Shown here piece by piece: positions 38,244-48,160 of a DNA stretch of 64,000 nucleotides. Location of the stretch: contig CAZWFN010000001.1 in NCBI GenBank assembly GCA_964633205.1, positions 114,219 to 178,218 of the forward strand, read 5' to 3'. The notes beneath the pieces were generated by a model that searched no databases, had not been told where the DNA came from, and saw nothing but the letters and a program-made list of their open reading frames with translations. A program made the translations under genes and the position numbers. How positions within the stretch are numbered: position 1 is the first letter of the stretch; the number at the start of each line of letters is the position of its first letter. Source of the stretch: an uncultured Myxococcales bacterium. GTDB taxonomy: Bacteria > Myxococcota > B64-G9.

Positions 38244-40552
38244 TTAGAAACGCCGGTCGATGATGGTGGTCTCACCCGGTTGGATGCGGACCTCGATCAG
38301 CTCATCGATGCCGTCCGCCTTGCGCACCAAGCGCAGGTGATGGGTGCCGGCCGGCAGGCGTTTGCCGACCAAGGGCGTGCGGCCCAGCCGCTTGCCACCG
38401 AGCAAGACCGTCATCGGCCGCCCCGTGGTCAGCTGCAATTTTCCCCGGCCCCGGCGCCGGCGCTTGTCGGCGCTGGCGGCTGCCTCGATCTTCTGCGGAT
38501 AGAACTCGAGCTCCAGGCGCTCCTCGGCCGACAGCCACACCCGCTGGCGATCCGGCTGATGACCGGAGCAGCGGACCGTGACCTCGAACTCCCGGTTGGC
38601 CGGCAGGATCACGCTGGCCAGCGGCGTTCGGCCGGCCAGTTCCATGCCCGCCAGCTCGACCGCACAGCCGGTAGGCTCGCTGCGAACGGCCAGCTGGGCC
38701 AGCGGCGGCGGAACCGCCAGCGGCCGTGGCTGCAGCCCGGCGGTGGCGGCCGTTGCGGCCTCGTCGAGTTCGGGCTCCGGCTCCGGCTCGGCAGCCGGCT
38801 CGACCGCAGCCGGCTGCACCGGCTCGTCGTCACCCGACGGCCAGACCAGGGCGATGATCAGCAGCAGCAGCACAGCCCCGACGGCCGTGGCCGGCCAATG
38901 CAGGTGGGGCGGTAACCAAGGAGTCGGCGGAGCCGCTGCAGCGCCGGTGGGCTGGGCCGATTCGGACCGCTCGGACACGTTCGCAGCGCCGTCCTCGGCC
39001 ACGGCCAGCTTGACCCGAAATCCCTCCGCTGGACCACCGTCCCCCGCAGCATCAGCCGCTCCCGCCAGGGCTCCGGACGGCGGATCGCCGTCCGTCCCGG
39101 CCGCGGCCGGCCCCGCCTGATCTGCGCCCGCTGCCGCGACCGCCCCCGCGGTCGGCGCCCGGTCATCGACCTTGCGGGCCGCAGCCACTTTCTCGGCACC
39201 CAGATCCTCGAGCGTCGGCGGCATGGTCTCGAACGCCCCGGCCGCTGTTGCCGGCTCGTCCGGCATCCCGGATGCCGCTGGTCGCTCGGGTTGCGCGCGC
39301 TGTTCGGGCTGGTCGGGTTGCCGGGCCTCCTCGGCCGGGGTCTCTGCCGGCGGCACTGAAATCTCCGGCGGCGACACATCCGGCAAGGGATCGTCGCCGG
39401 CTGCGTCGACCGGGCCCGCATTCGCGGCTGTCTCGGCTTCGGCCCGCTCGGCCGCCGCTGGCAGAGGCGGTGGTTGCGGCGGCGGCGCGGCTTCCGGCTC
39501 GGCTTCCGGTTCGGCTTCCGGTTCGGCCGCCGGTTCGGCCGCCGTTCCGGCCGACCGGTCGGGCAGCAGCAATTCCGCGACGTCGCCTTCCAACTCGCCG
39601 GCGGCCGCCCGCTCCAATGCCTCGGCCTTGGCCTGCAAACGGTCCGCCAGGTGCTGCTCGAGCAACGTCGCCACGGTGGCCGGTCCGACCTCCCCATCCA
39701 ACCCGCGGCCCACCTCGGCCAGGGCCGACTCCAAGGCGGCGGCCGAGTCCGGTCGTGCGGCCGGATCGCGGGCCAGGCAACGCCGCAGCAGCGGCTCCAG
39801 GGCGTCAGGGTTTTCGGCGCCGGCGGGCAGCGGTGGCACGTCGCCGGCCAGGATGGCCTTGCGCGTGGCCAGATCGTCACCGCGGTCGAACAGGGATCGA
39901 CCGGCCGCCATTTGCCACAGCACGCTGCCGAGCGAAAACAGATCCGAGGCGGGCCCGGTCTGCTCGCCCAGGCATTGCTCCGGCGACAAATGGGCGGTCA
40001 AGCGGCTCGGGTGGGGACGCTCGGCCGGCCGCTGCAGGTCGAAGTTGATCACCTTGACCACGCCATCGGGCTGCAGGACCAGATTGCGCGGGTTGACGTT
40101 GCGATGGACCAGATGCAGCGGCTCGCCGGTCTTGTCCTTCAGCTGGTGGACGAAAGCCAGCCCTGCCGCAGCTTGCCGGCCCACCGCGATGATCACCGGA
40201 GCCGGCAGCGCGGTGCCGATCGGCCAGCGGCCGAGCAGCAGCCCCAGGCCGTCACCGTCCAGAAACTCGGATACGGTGAACACACCCGCCCTGGACTTGC
40301 CGGCCTCGATGACCCGCGTCAGGTTGGCCTGGGTCAGCCGGACCCCGATGCGGGCTTCGTCGAGAAAACGCCCCACAGCCGCTTCGTCGCGGGCCAGATG
40401 GGCCAACAGCTCGCGGATGACGACGAAACGACCACGGCCGGACTGGCCGGCCACCAGCCCCAGCGAGACCGCGGACAACCCGCTGCGGGTCAGCGGCAAC
40501 AGGATCTGGTACTCGCCCTTGCGCCCCTTGAGCCTGCGCCTCGCTCTTGCCA
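38244..40552 (-). CDS. transmembrane Ser/Thr-kinase-like protein, predicted pseudokinase, with C-terminal PEGA domains
   Basis: Kinase fold with catalytic residues substituted: VAIK to VVIRE, HRD to HRNVNPRN, DFG to NFD. A Pro/Ala/Glu-rich linker, one TM helix and two PEGA-like domains follow. The track ORF upstream of ATG 40552 is antisense noise. Confidence 0.7.
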
Positions 40553-40609
40553 TGGTTTTCCGATCGTAGCCGCTGACTGCCGGCGAAAGCAATGGGCTTG
40601 TCCGCCTCG

Positions 40610-41419
40610 TCAGCCGGAGCGGACTCCGTTCTTGACTCCGAGGATGGCGAACCGCTGCGCCACTCCGGCGGAAAAGGCGAACAGGCACGCCAGGCTGCGA
40701 AACGTCTCGCTGACCGCGGTGACCAACCACGGCGAGGCATCGACCAGGGGCAAAACGGCCAAAGTGCCGTCGAAGAAGAGCCAGGCGATCGAGCTGATGG
40801 TCAGCAGGGCCCAGGGCCAGCCCAGCAGACCCCCGCGCAGCGCCAGGGCGGTCAGCAACAATGGGGCGATCAGCACCAGGATGACCAGATCGCCCAGGCC
40901 GGAGGCGATCCACACCAGTGCCTCGCCCTCGCCGGCGAGCAGCCGTTGGAAGTTGACCACCACCGCCGACCCGGCCGAAGCCAACGACAGCACTACGGCG
41001 GCGGCCAGCACGGCGTGCTGGGCCCAGCGCGGACCGGGCAGCTCGAGCCCGGCCACCTTCCAGGCCCGGGCCAGCATCCAGGTGCCCACCACGGCCGAGG
41101 CATTGGCCAGCAGGGTGGCCCCACCGCGGGCCGCCCCGCGCCAGGCGACGCCCTCGGGCACCGCCAAGCCGAACACCGCGTCGCGCGCCAAGAGCAACAG
41201 CATGGCGGCGCCGTAGAACAGCCAGGCACGGCGCAGATACTCGCCGCGGGAAAAGGCGAATGCCGCCAGGACGGCGCCCACCACGGGCATGGCCTTGGCC
41301 AGCTCCATCTCGGCCCGCATGAAGGTACCGAAAGCGGGCTCCCCGGCCAACGCCAACATGCCCCCCACCAACGCGGCCGCCCAGAGCAGCGGCACCACCA
41401 CCAACACCCGGAACCTCAA
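40610..41419 (-). CDS. integral membrane protein (about 7 TM helices)
   Basis: Hydrophobic periodicity throughout. The start overlaps the stop of the small upstream ORF (ATGA). Confidence 0.55.
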   Translation of the reverse strand: MRFRVLVVVPLLWAAALVGGMLALAGEPAFGTFMRAEMELAKAMPVVGAVLAAFAFSRGEYLRRAWLFYGAAMLLLLARDAVFGLAVPEGVAWRGAARGGATLLANASAVVGTWMLARAWKVAGLELPGPRWAQHAVLAAAVVLSLASAGSAVVVNFQRLLAGEGEALVWIASGLGDLVILVLIAPLLLTALALRGGLLGWPWALLTISSIAWLFFDGTLAVLPLVDASPWLVTAVSETFRSLACLFAFSAGVAQRFAILGVKNGVRSG

Positions 41420-41646
41420 CCCAACACCTCCTCGCGGAGGGAGCGCAGCAAGGCATCTGTCGAATCGGCGCCCACCAGGGTACGCAGCATCGGTCGCAAG
41501 GCCTCGAGCAACGCGGGCGCGTCAGCGGTGGTCACCTGCTCGGGCGCCTTGCCCAGCGCCTTGCGGGCGAAGGTCTGGACCGCCACGCGGGCGGTGTTCG
41601 GCCCCAGGTAGGTACTCAACCGTTCGACGATCTGATCGGCGACACG
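41416..41646 (-). CDS. small hypothetical protein
   Basis: About 77 aa, starting MRVADQIVERL. Stop coupled to the membrane protein gene. Confidence 0.35.
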   Translation of the reverse strand, partial: RVADQIVERLSTYLGPNTARVAVQTFARKALGKAPEQVTTADAPALLEALRPMLRTLVGADSTDALLRSLREEVLG

Positions 41647-42059
41647 CATTCTCTTCTCGACCACTTCACCCGCAGCCGCGGCCCGGTTCTCTCCACCCCG
41701 TTCAGCGCCGGTACAGCACCCGATAAGCCGCCTCGGCGCCAAACCAGGCGACCAGGCGTTCCAGCCGACCCATCGACGCACCGGTTCCCATCAGAAAAGG
41801 GTACGGCAAGGCCTTCCTCCCGCTTGGCTTCGGCTCCAGCATAGAGCTTCGAACCCCGCGGGTCAACGCGCCCCGACTGATTTCCCAACGCGACCGCGAC
41901 CATTGCCGCTTGCGCTCGCAGCGCCAGCGGGCGACTATACCATTACTTCGCAGAAACTGCTTCGATAGCGTATACAGCTCTGGTGGAATGGTACTGCTCT
42001 TGGCTTTGTTTGCGGCGGTAGCAGCGCTGTGACTGTTCGGTCCAGGTGAGGAGAATGCG

Positions 42060-42779
42060 TTGATGGACGTCCAGCGATTCGATTTCGAGCCCGGCACGGT
42101 TCTCAACCGCAAGTACGAAGTGCTCGGCTTCCTGGGCGACGGTTGGGAAGGCGAGGTCTACAAGCTGCGCGAAAGGGCCACCGGCATCCGCCGGGCGGGC
42201 AAGTTCTTCTTCCCGCGCCGCAATCCCCGCAACCGCACCCTGCGCGCCTACGCCAAGAAGCTCCACGCGCTGCGCCATTGCCACGCCCTGATTCAGTACT
42301 ACACCCAGGAGAGCATGCAGTTCCACGGGCGGCGCATCGACTACCTGGTCTCCGAGTACGTCGAGGGCGAGAGCCTGTCGAGCTTCGTCGGCCGCCAACC
42401 GGGCCGCCGGCTGCACCCCTACCAGGCCTTGCACCTGCTGCACGCCCTGAGCAGCGGTGTGGCCGAGATGCACAACCTGCGCCACTCGCACGGCGATCTG
42501 CACACCGACAATATCATCGTGCGCCGCTACGGGCTACGCTTCGAGCTCAAGCTGTTCGATTTCTTCCAGTGGGAGATGTCGACCCAGGATCTGATCCAGG
42601 AGGACGTCTACGACCTGATCCGGATCTTCTACGACGTGCTCGGCGGCAAGCGCACCTACGCCCGGCAGTCACCGACGGTCAAAAACATCTGTCGGGGCCT
42701 GAAGCGCAGCTTGATCCGCCAGCAGTTCCGCACCGCCGGTCAGTTGCGCCAGCACATCGAGACCCTGGAGTGGGAGTGA
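42060..42779 (+). CDS. small atypical protein kinase (Bud32/RIO/Kdo-kinase-like fold)
   Basis: Gly-rich loop GFLGDGWEGEVYKL, AxK (RAGKFFF), catalytic loop HSHGDLHTDNIIV, and DFF in place of DFG. Only 239 aa. GC is lower than the flanks. Confidence 0.65.
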   Translation: MMDVQRFDFEPGTVLNRKYEVLGFLGDGWEGEVYKLRERATGIRRAGKFFFPRRNPRNRTLRAYAKKLHALRHCHALIQYYTQESMQFHGRRIDYLVSEYVEGESLSSFVGRQPGRRLHPYQALHLLHALSSGVAEMHNLRHSHGDLHTDNIIVRRYGLRFELKLFDFFQWEMSTQDLIQEDVYDLIRIFYDVLGGKRTYARQSPTVKNICRGLKRSLIRQQFRTAGQLRQHIETLEWE

Positions 42780-42784
42780 AGCCC

Positions 42785-43627
42785 ATGACCGACGAGATGC
42801 TGGCGACCGGACGCGACCACTTCGCCCCGCAGGCGGCGCGTCTGGCCGGGGGAACCGCGCTGGCCTATACGGCCCGCGATCCGACCGCCGATAGGCCCAA
42901 CGAGGATGCCCTGGCCCTGCTGCCGCTCGACGACGAACGGGCCGTCATCGCCCTGGCCGACGGCGCCGGTGGAGAGCCGGGCGGCGCCGAGGCGGCGGCC
43001 CTGACGCTGCGCACCTTGCAGCAGAGCCTGCGACAAGCGCGGGCCCAGCCGCCGGCCGAGGGGCTGCGCGCGGCGATCCTGGATGCCATCGAGGCCGCCA
43101 ACCGCCAGTTGCTCAACACCCTGCCGGGTGCGTTGACCACGCTGGAGGTGGTCGAGATCGGCGCCTGGCACGTCCGCTCGTATCACATCGGCGATTCGGG
43201 GACGCTGTTGATGGGCGGGCGCGGCCGAGTCAAGTACCGCACCATCTCCCACTCCCCGGTGGGATACGCGATCGAGGCGGGGCTGGTCGAGGCTGGCGAA
43301 GCGCTGTTCCACGAGGACCTGCACCTGGTCAGCAACCTGCTCGGCACCCGCGAGATGCACATCGACATCGGCCCGCGCCTGCGGCTGTCGCCGCGTGATA
43401 CCCTGCTGGTGGCCAGCGATGGATTGGGCGACAACCTGTTGCCGCGCGAGCTGACCGAGCTGTCCCGCAAGAGTCCGTTGGAACGGGTGCGCGACCGGCT
43501 GGCCGCGCTGGGCCGCCGGCGCATGCTGGAGCCGACCGCCGGCACGCCGTCCAAACCGGACGACCTGAGCTTTGTCCTGTTCCGGCCGGACCCGGCCCGG
43601 GGGCCGGGGGCGGAAGGACGGGGGTGA
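42785..43627 (+). CDS. PP2C-family Ser/Thr protein phosphatase
   Basis: PP2C metal-binding motifs NEDA, ADGAGG, HSPVGY and ASDGLGD. Starts 5 nt after the kinase stop. Confidence 0.8.
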   Translation: MTDEMLATGRDHFAPQAARLAGGTALAYTARDPTADRPNEDALALLPLDDERAVIALADGAGGEPGGAEAAALTLRTLQQSLRQARAQPPAEGLRAAILDAIEAANRQLLNTLPGALTTLEVVEIGAWHVRSYHIGDSGTLLMGGRGRVKYRTISHSPVGYAIEAGLVEAGEALFHEDLHLVSNLLGTREMHIDIGPRLRLSPRDTLLVASDGLGDNLLPRELTELSRKSPLERVRDRLAALGRRRMLEPTAGTPSKPDDLSFVLFRPDPARGPGAEGRG

Positions 43628-43631
43628 GTCC

Positions 43632-44048
43632 ATGGGTGAATTCGAGATGCTGGAGCACGCCGCCGACGCCCGGGTCCGCTTGCGCGGCGACAGCCTCGAG
43701 GACGTCTTCGCCACGGCGGCCCGGGCCCTGGTCTGGTTGATGGTCGGAGACAGCCAGCTCGAGCGCAGCCGGTCGCGCAGCCTGGAGCTGGCGGCCGACA
43801 GCCCCACCCAGCTGCTGGTCGACTGGCTCGACGAGCTGATCTTCTTGTTCGAGACCGAAGCCTGGCTGGTGGCCGAGGCCGAGTTGGACATCCAGCCCGG
43901 CTGGCGCTTGCGGGCGGTGATCCGGGGCCAGCCCCACGACGCCCGGCGCCAGCCCATCGAGACCGTGGTCAAGGCGACCACCCACCACCGCCTGAGACTG
44001 GAACGCCGGGATTCGGGCTGGGAGGCCGAAGTCGTGTTCGACCTGTGA
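43632..44048 (+). CDS. archease (RtcB activator)
   Basis: MLEHAADARVRL N-terminal archease motif; length about 138 aa. Starts 4 nt after the PP2C stop. Confidence 0.8.
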   Translation: MGEFEMLEHAADARVRLRGDSLEDVFATAARALVWLMVGDSQLERSRSRSLELAADSPTQLLVDWLDELIFLFETEAWLVAEAELDIQPGWRLRAVIRGQPHDARRQPIETVVKATTHHRLRLERRDSGWEAEVVFDL

Positions 44049-44064
44049 GCCGAGGGGGACCACC

Positions 44065-45525
44065 ATGCAGAACCGAAAGCGGAAGCTGATCCTGGAGCGT
44101 CTGGACGACTGGCGCTGGCGCATCCCGCGGCGTGGCCCCATGCGCTCCGATGGTCTGATCTTCGCCGACGAGACCCTGGCGCGCACCGCCGGCCGGGACG
44201 GCACGCTGCAGCAGGTGGCCGATGTGGCCAGCCTGCCGGGCATCGTCGGTCCGGCCATGGCCATGCCCGACTTCCACCAGGGCTACGGCTTCCCCATCGG
44301 CGGGGTGGCCGCCTTCGACGCCGAGGGCGAGGGCATCGTCTCACCAGGCGGCGTCGGCTACGACATCAACTGCGGGGTGCGCTTGCTGCGCACCCGACTG
44401 GACCGCGACGAGATGGAAGCCCACCTCGACACCTTGATGGTGGCGCTGCTCGGGCACATCCCGGCCGGCGTCGGTTCGCGGCGACCGGACCTGAAGCTCG
44501 CCGAGCGCGATCTCGACCGGGTGCTGGCGGAAGGGGTCGATTGGGCGGTGGGTCGCGGCCTGGCCGGTCGCGCCGATACCGACCGGGTGGAATCGGGCGG
44601 CTGCATCGCCGGAGCCGATCCCGACCGGGTCAGCGGCCGGGCGAAGCAGCGCGGCCACAACCAGCTCGGCACCCTGGGCTCGGGCAACCATTTCGTCGAG
44701 ATCGATGCGGTGACCACCGTATACGACGCCCAGGCGGCCGATGCGCTGGGGCTGGCGCCCGAAGGGGTGGCCGCGCTGATCCACACCGGCTCGCGTGGCC
44801 TGGGCCACCAGGTCTGCTCCGATGCCATCAGGCAAATGGCGCGGGCGGCCGGCCGCTACGGCATCCGCTTGCCCGACCGACAGCTGTGCTGCGCCCCGCT
44901 GGATTCGGATGAGGGCCGCGGCTACCTGGCCGCCATGGCCGCCGCGGCCAACTACGCCTTCGCCAACCGGGCGGTCATCAGCCACTGGCTGGGCCTGGCC
45001 CTGGAGCAGGTGTTCGGTCGATCGGCCGGCGAGATCGGTCTCGGTCTGGTCTACGACGTGACCCACAACATGGCCAAGCTCGAGACCCATCAGGTCGAGG
45101 GCCGCCGACGGCGGCTGTGCGTCCACCGCAAAGGGGCCACGCGGGCTTTCGCCCCGGGACACCCGGAGCTGCCGGCCGCTGTCCGGCCGCTGGGACAACC
45201 GGTGCTCATCCCGGGGGACATGGGCCGCTGCTCCTATGTCCTGCTGGGCACCGAAGGCGCGATGCGCGAGACCTTCGGCTCGTGCTGCCACGGCGCCGGC
45301 CGGGAGCTCAGCCGCAAGCAGGCCCGGCTGCAAGCCCGGGGCCGATCCATCGCCGGCGAGTTGCTCCAGCGCGGCATCCACGTCCAGGGCGCCAGCCGGC
45401 GGACGCTGGACGAGGAGCTCAGCGAGGCATACAAGGACGTCGACCGGGTGGTCGACGTGGTCTGTGGGGCCGGCCTGGCGCGCCGGGTGGCTCGGCTCGA
45501 GCCGCTGGGCGTGGTCAAGGGCTGA
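44065..45525 (+). CDS. rtcB: RNA-splicing ligase RtcB
   Basis: RtcB active-site motifs DFHQGYGFPIGG, GYDINCG, GSGNHF, HTGSRGLGHQ and CCHGAGR. A GAGGGGGAC RBS precedes the ATG. Confidence 0.9.
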   Translation: MQNRKRKLILERLDDWRWRIPRRGPMRSDGLIFADETLARTAGRDGTLQQVADVASLPGIVGPAMAMPDFHQGYGFPIGGVAAFDAEGEGIVSPGGVGYDINCGVRLLRTRLDRDEMEAHLDTLMVALLGHIPAGVGSRRPDLKLAERDLDRVLAEGVDWAVGRGLAGRADTDRVESGGCIAGADPDRVSGRAKQRGHNQLGTLGSGNHFVEIDAVTTVYDAQAADALGLAPEGVAALIHTGSRGLGHQVCSDAIRQMARAAGRYGIRLPDRQLCCAPLDSDEGRGYLAAMAAAANYAFANRAVISHWLGLALEQVFGRSAGEIGLGLVYDVTHNMAKLETHQVEGRRRRLCVHRKGATRAFAPGHPELPAAVRPLGQPVLIPGDMGRCSYVLLGTEGAMRETFGSCCHGAGRELSRKQARLQARGRSIAGELLQRGIHVQGASRRTLDEELSEAYKDVDRVVDVVCGAGLARRVARLEPLGVVKG

Positions 45526-45639
45526 GCGGGGCCGGCACCACCGCTGTTCCAATTGCGCCCACTGCGATTGCCCTGCGGCGCGTTTCCCGGTAAAAGAGCA
45601 TACCGGACCAGCCAGCGGCTTCGGTTCCAGGGGAAGACG

Positions 45640-46530
45640 ATGACCATGCGTACGTGCTTCATTTTGTGCTTGGTGTTCGCGGCGCCGCAGGTGGCAGCCG
45701 CTGAGAGGCCGGCCGCTGAGACGCCGTTGCGGATCGGCGTCAGCATCGCCCCCCAGGCCTGGCTGGTCGAGCGTCTGGCCGGCCAGCCGGTCGAGGTGGA
45801 GATCATGGTGCGACCGGGACAGTCGCCGGCGACCATGGATCCCACCCCGCGCCAGATGGCGGCATTGGCTCGGGTGGTGACCTATATCCGCATCGGGGTG
45901 CCGTTCGAGCGCGGTTTCATCAAAAGGCTGCGGCGCAATCGACCGCAGCTGCCCATCGTCGATCAGCGCCAGGGTGTGGCATTGCTCACCCGGAACGGAA
46001 GGGCCTTGAAGCCGGGAGCCGATCCGAGCGCGGCCGACCCGCACATCTGGCTCGACCCTGGGCGGCTGAGTCGCCAGGCGAATACGGTGGCCCGCGCCTT
46101 GCGCGACCTGGCCCCACGGCGCGCAGCTGCGATCGAGACCCGGCGCCGGCGGCTGGTGGCCGAGTTCGATCGGCTCGATCGCCGCATCGGCCGCCTCCTC
46201 GGCCCCTTGCGCGGTCGCTCCCTGTTCGTTTTCCACCCGGCTTACGGTTACTTCGCCGCGGCCTACGGGCTGGTGCAGGTCGCCGTCCAGACCGGCGGCA
46301 AGGAGCCCAGTGCGCGGCAGCTCGCCCGCCTGATCGAACGCGCCCGGCGGGCCAAGGCGCGGGTCATCTTCGTCCAGCCGCAGTACTCGCGCAAGAGCGC
46401 CGAGCTGGTGGCCGAGGCCATCGGCGGGGCGGTGGTGGAACTCGACCCGCTGGCGCCGGACGTGCTGGACACCTTGCGGCAGGTGGCCGAGCGGGTGGCC
46501 CAGGCCTTCGGGCGGCGGAGCCCGCATTGA
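45640..46530 (+). CDS. znuA: zinc/metal ABC transporter substrate-binding protein (TroA/ZnuA family)
   Basis: Signal peptide and the DPHIWLDP metal-site motif. Operon position ahead of znuC and znuB. Confidence 0.8.
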   Translation: MTMRTCFILCLVFAAPQVAAAERPAAETPLRIGVSIAPQAWLVERLAGQPVEVEIMVRPGQSPATMDPTPRQMAALARVVTYIRIGVPFERGFIKRLRRNRPQLPIVDQRQGVALLTRNGRALKPGADPSAADPHIWLDPGRLSRQANTVARALRDLAPRRAAAIETRRRRLVAEFDRLDRRIGRLLGPLRGRSLFVFHPAYGYFAAAYGLVQVAVQTGGKEPSARQLARLIERARRAKARVIFVQPQYSRKSAELVAEAIGGAVVELDPLAPDVLDTLRQVAERVAQAFGRRSPH

Positions 46531-47294
46531 ACGCCGTGCCGCCGGCGATCGAGTTGGCCGCCGTCTCGTTCGGCTTCGACACCTCACCGGTGTTGCAGGA
46601 TGTCGACCTGCGCATCGAGCGCGGGCAGTTCGCCAGCATCGTGGGGCCCAACGGCGGCGGCAAGACCACTTTGCTCAAGCTGGTGCTGGGTCTGCTGCGG
46701 CCCGCTCGGGGGCGGGTACGAGTCTTCGGCCAGGCCCCTGAACGGGCTCGCCCGCGCATCGGTTACATGCCCCAGCACACGGATCACGACCGGTTGTTTC
46801 CGGCCACTGCGGGCGACGTGGTGCGCATGGGACGCCTGCGCCGCGGCTGGCCGCTGGGGCCGTTTGGCCGCCGCGATCGCCGCGCCGCCAGCGAAGCGCT
46901 GGAGCGGGTGGGCCTGGCCGCAGTCCACGATCGGCCCTTCGCCGATCTGTCGGGCGGTCAACGCCAGCGGGTGCTGATCGCCAGGGCGCTGGCCGGCGAG
47001 CCGGAGATGTTGTTGCTCGACGAGCCGACCTCGAACATCGACACCGCCGCGGTGGACGCCTTCTACGATCTGCTCGAGACGCTCAGCCGCAGCCTGACAG
47101 TGGTTACCGTCACCCACGATATCGGCTTCGTCTCCAGTCGGGTCCGCAGCGTGGTGTGTGTCAACCGCCGGGTGGTCACCCACCCCACCAGCGCGCTGAC
47201 CGGCGAGTGCCTGCGCGACGTCTACGGCACCGATCTGCACCTGGTCCACCACGATCGGCGTTGCCCGGACAAACCCGCCGGAGGTGACCCGTGA
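46527..47294 (+). CDS. znuC: zinc ABC transporter ATP-binding protein
   Basis: Walker A GPNGGGKTT, signature LSGGQRQRV, Walker B LLLDEPTSNID. ATGA overlap with znuA. Confidence 0.85.
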   Translation: MNAVPPAIELAAVSFGFDTSPVLQDVDLRIERGQFASIVGPNGGGKTTLLKLVLGLLRPARGRVRVFGQAPERARPRIGYMPQHTDHDRLFPATAGDVVRMGRLRRGWPLGPFGRRDRRAASEALERVGLAAVHDRPFADLSGGQRQRVLIARALAGEPEMLLLDEPTSNIDTAAVDAFYDLLETLSRSLTVVTVTHDIGFVSSRVRSVVCVNRRVVTHPTSALTGECLRDVYGTDLHLVHHDRRCPDKPAGGDP

Positions 47295-48160
47295 GCACCT
47301 TCGTGCAGGACCTGCTACAGCATGGCTTCTTGCAGAAGGCTTTGGCAGCCGCCCTGCTGTCCAGCGTCGCTTGCGGCATGATCGGCTCATTCGTGGTGGT
47401 CCGGCGCATCTCCTACATCGCCGGCGGCATCGCTCACAGCGTGTTGGGCGGCATGGGCGCGGCACTCTACCTGCGCTCCGTCCACGAACTGGAGTGGCTC
47501 ACCCCCCTGGCCGGTGCGGTGGTGGCGGCCTTGCTGGCGGCCATGGTCATCGGCCTGGTCAGCCTGCACACCCGCGAGCGGGCCGACACCGTCATCGGCG
47601 CTCTGTGGGCCATCGGCATGGCCACCGGCGTGTTGTTCCTGGCGCAGACACCGGGCACCGAGGACGACCTGATGAGCTACCTGTTCGGCAACATCCTGTT
47701 CGTCTCCGGAGCCGACCTGTGGCTGCTGGCCGTCCTGGATGCAGTGGTCTTGACCGGTGGGGTGCTGTTCTACCACCAACTGGTGGCCATCTGCTTCGAC
47801 GAGGAGTTCGCGCGGGTGCGCGGGGTGCGGGTGGATCTGTTCTACTTGCTGCTGCTTTGCTTGACCGCCCTGACCGTGGTGCTGTTGTCGACGGTGGTGG
47901 GCATCGTGCTGGTGATCGCGCTGCTGACCCTGCCCGCCGCCACGGCGGCGCGGTTCACCCGCTCACTGGGCCGCATGATGCTGGTGGCCTCGATCCTGTG
48001 CGCCCTGTTCTCGGTGGGCGGGCTCGCCCTGAGTTACGGCCCCGAGTGGCCGGCCGGGGCCACCATCATCATCACCGCCGGGGCCAGCTACCTCCTGGTC
48101 GCGGCGGCCGCTGCCATGGTTCGCCGGCGGCGGCGGTCGCAGCAGCCCGACCCGCCATAA
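47291..48160 (+). CDS. znuB: zinc ABC transporter permease (ABC-3 family)
   Basis: Polytopic membrane protein with the ABC-3 pattern. GTGA overlap with znuC. Confidence 0.85.
   Translation: MSTFVQDLLQHGFLQKALAAALLSSVACGMIGSFVVVRRISYIAGGIAHSVLGGMGAALYLRSVHELEWLTPLAGAVVAALLAAMVIGLVSLHTRERADTVIGALWAIGMATGVLFLAQTPGTEDDLMSYLFGNILFVSGADLWLLAVLDAVVLTGGVLFYHQLVAICFDEEFARVRGVRVDLFYLLLLCLTALTVVLLSTVVGIVLVIALLTLPAATAARFTRSLGRMMLVASILCALFSVGGLALSYGPEWPAGATIIITAGASYLLVAAAAAMVRRRRRSQQPDPP

Noticed and set aside
45526-45639. Zur box upstream of znuA
   Set aside because: Only a weak partial palindrome (CAATTGCG...GCGATTG) was seen. Not convincing without a lineage-specific Zur matrix.
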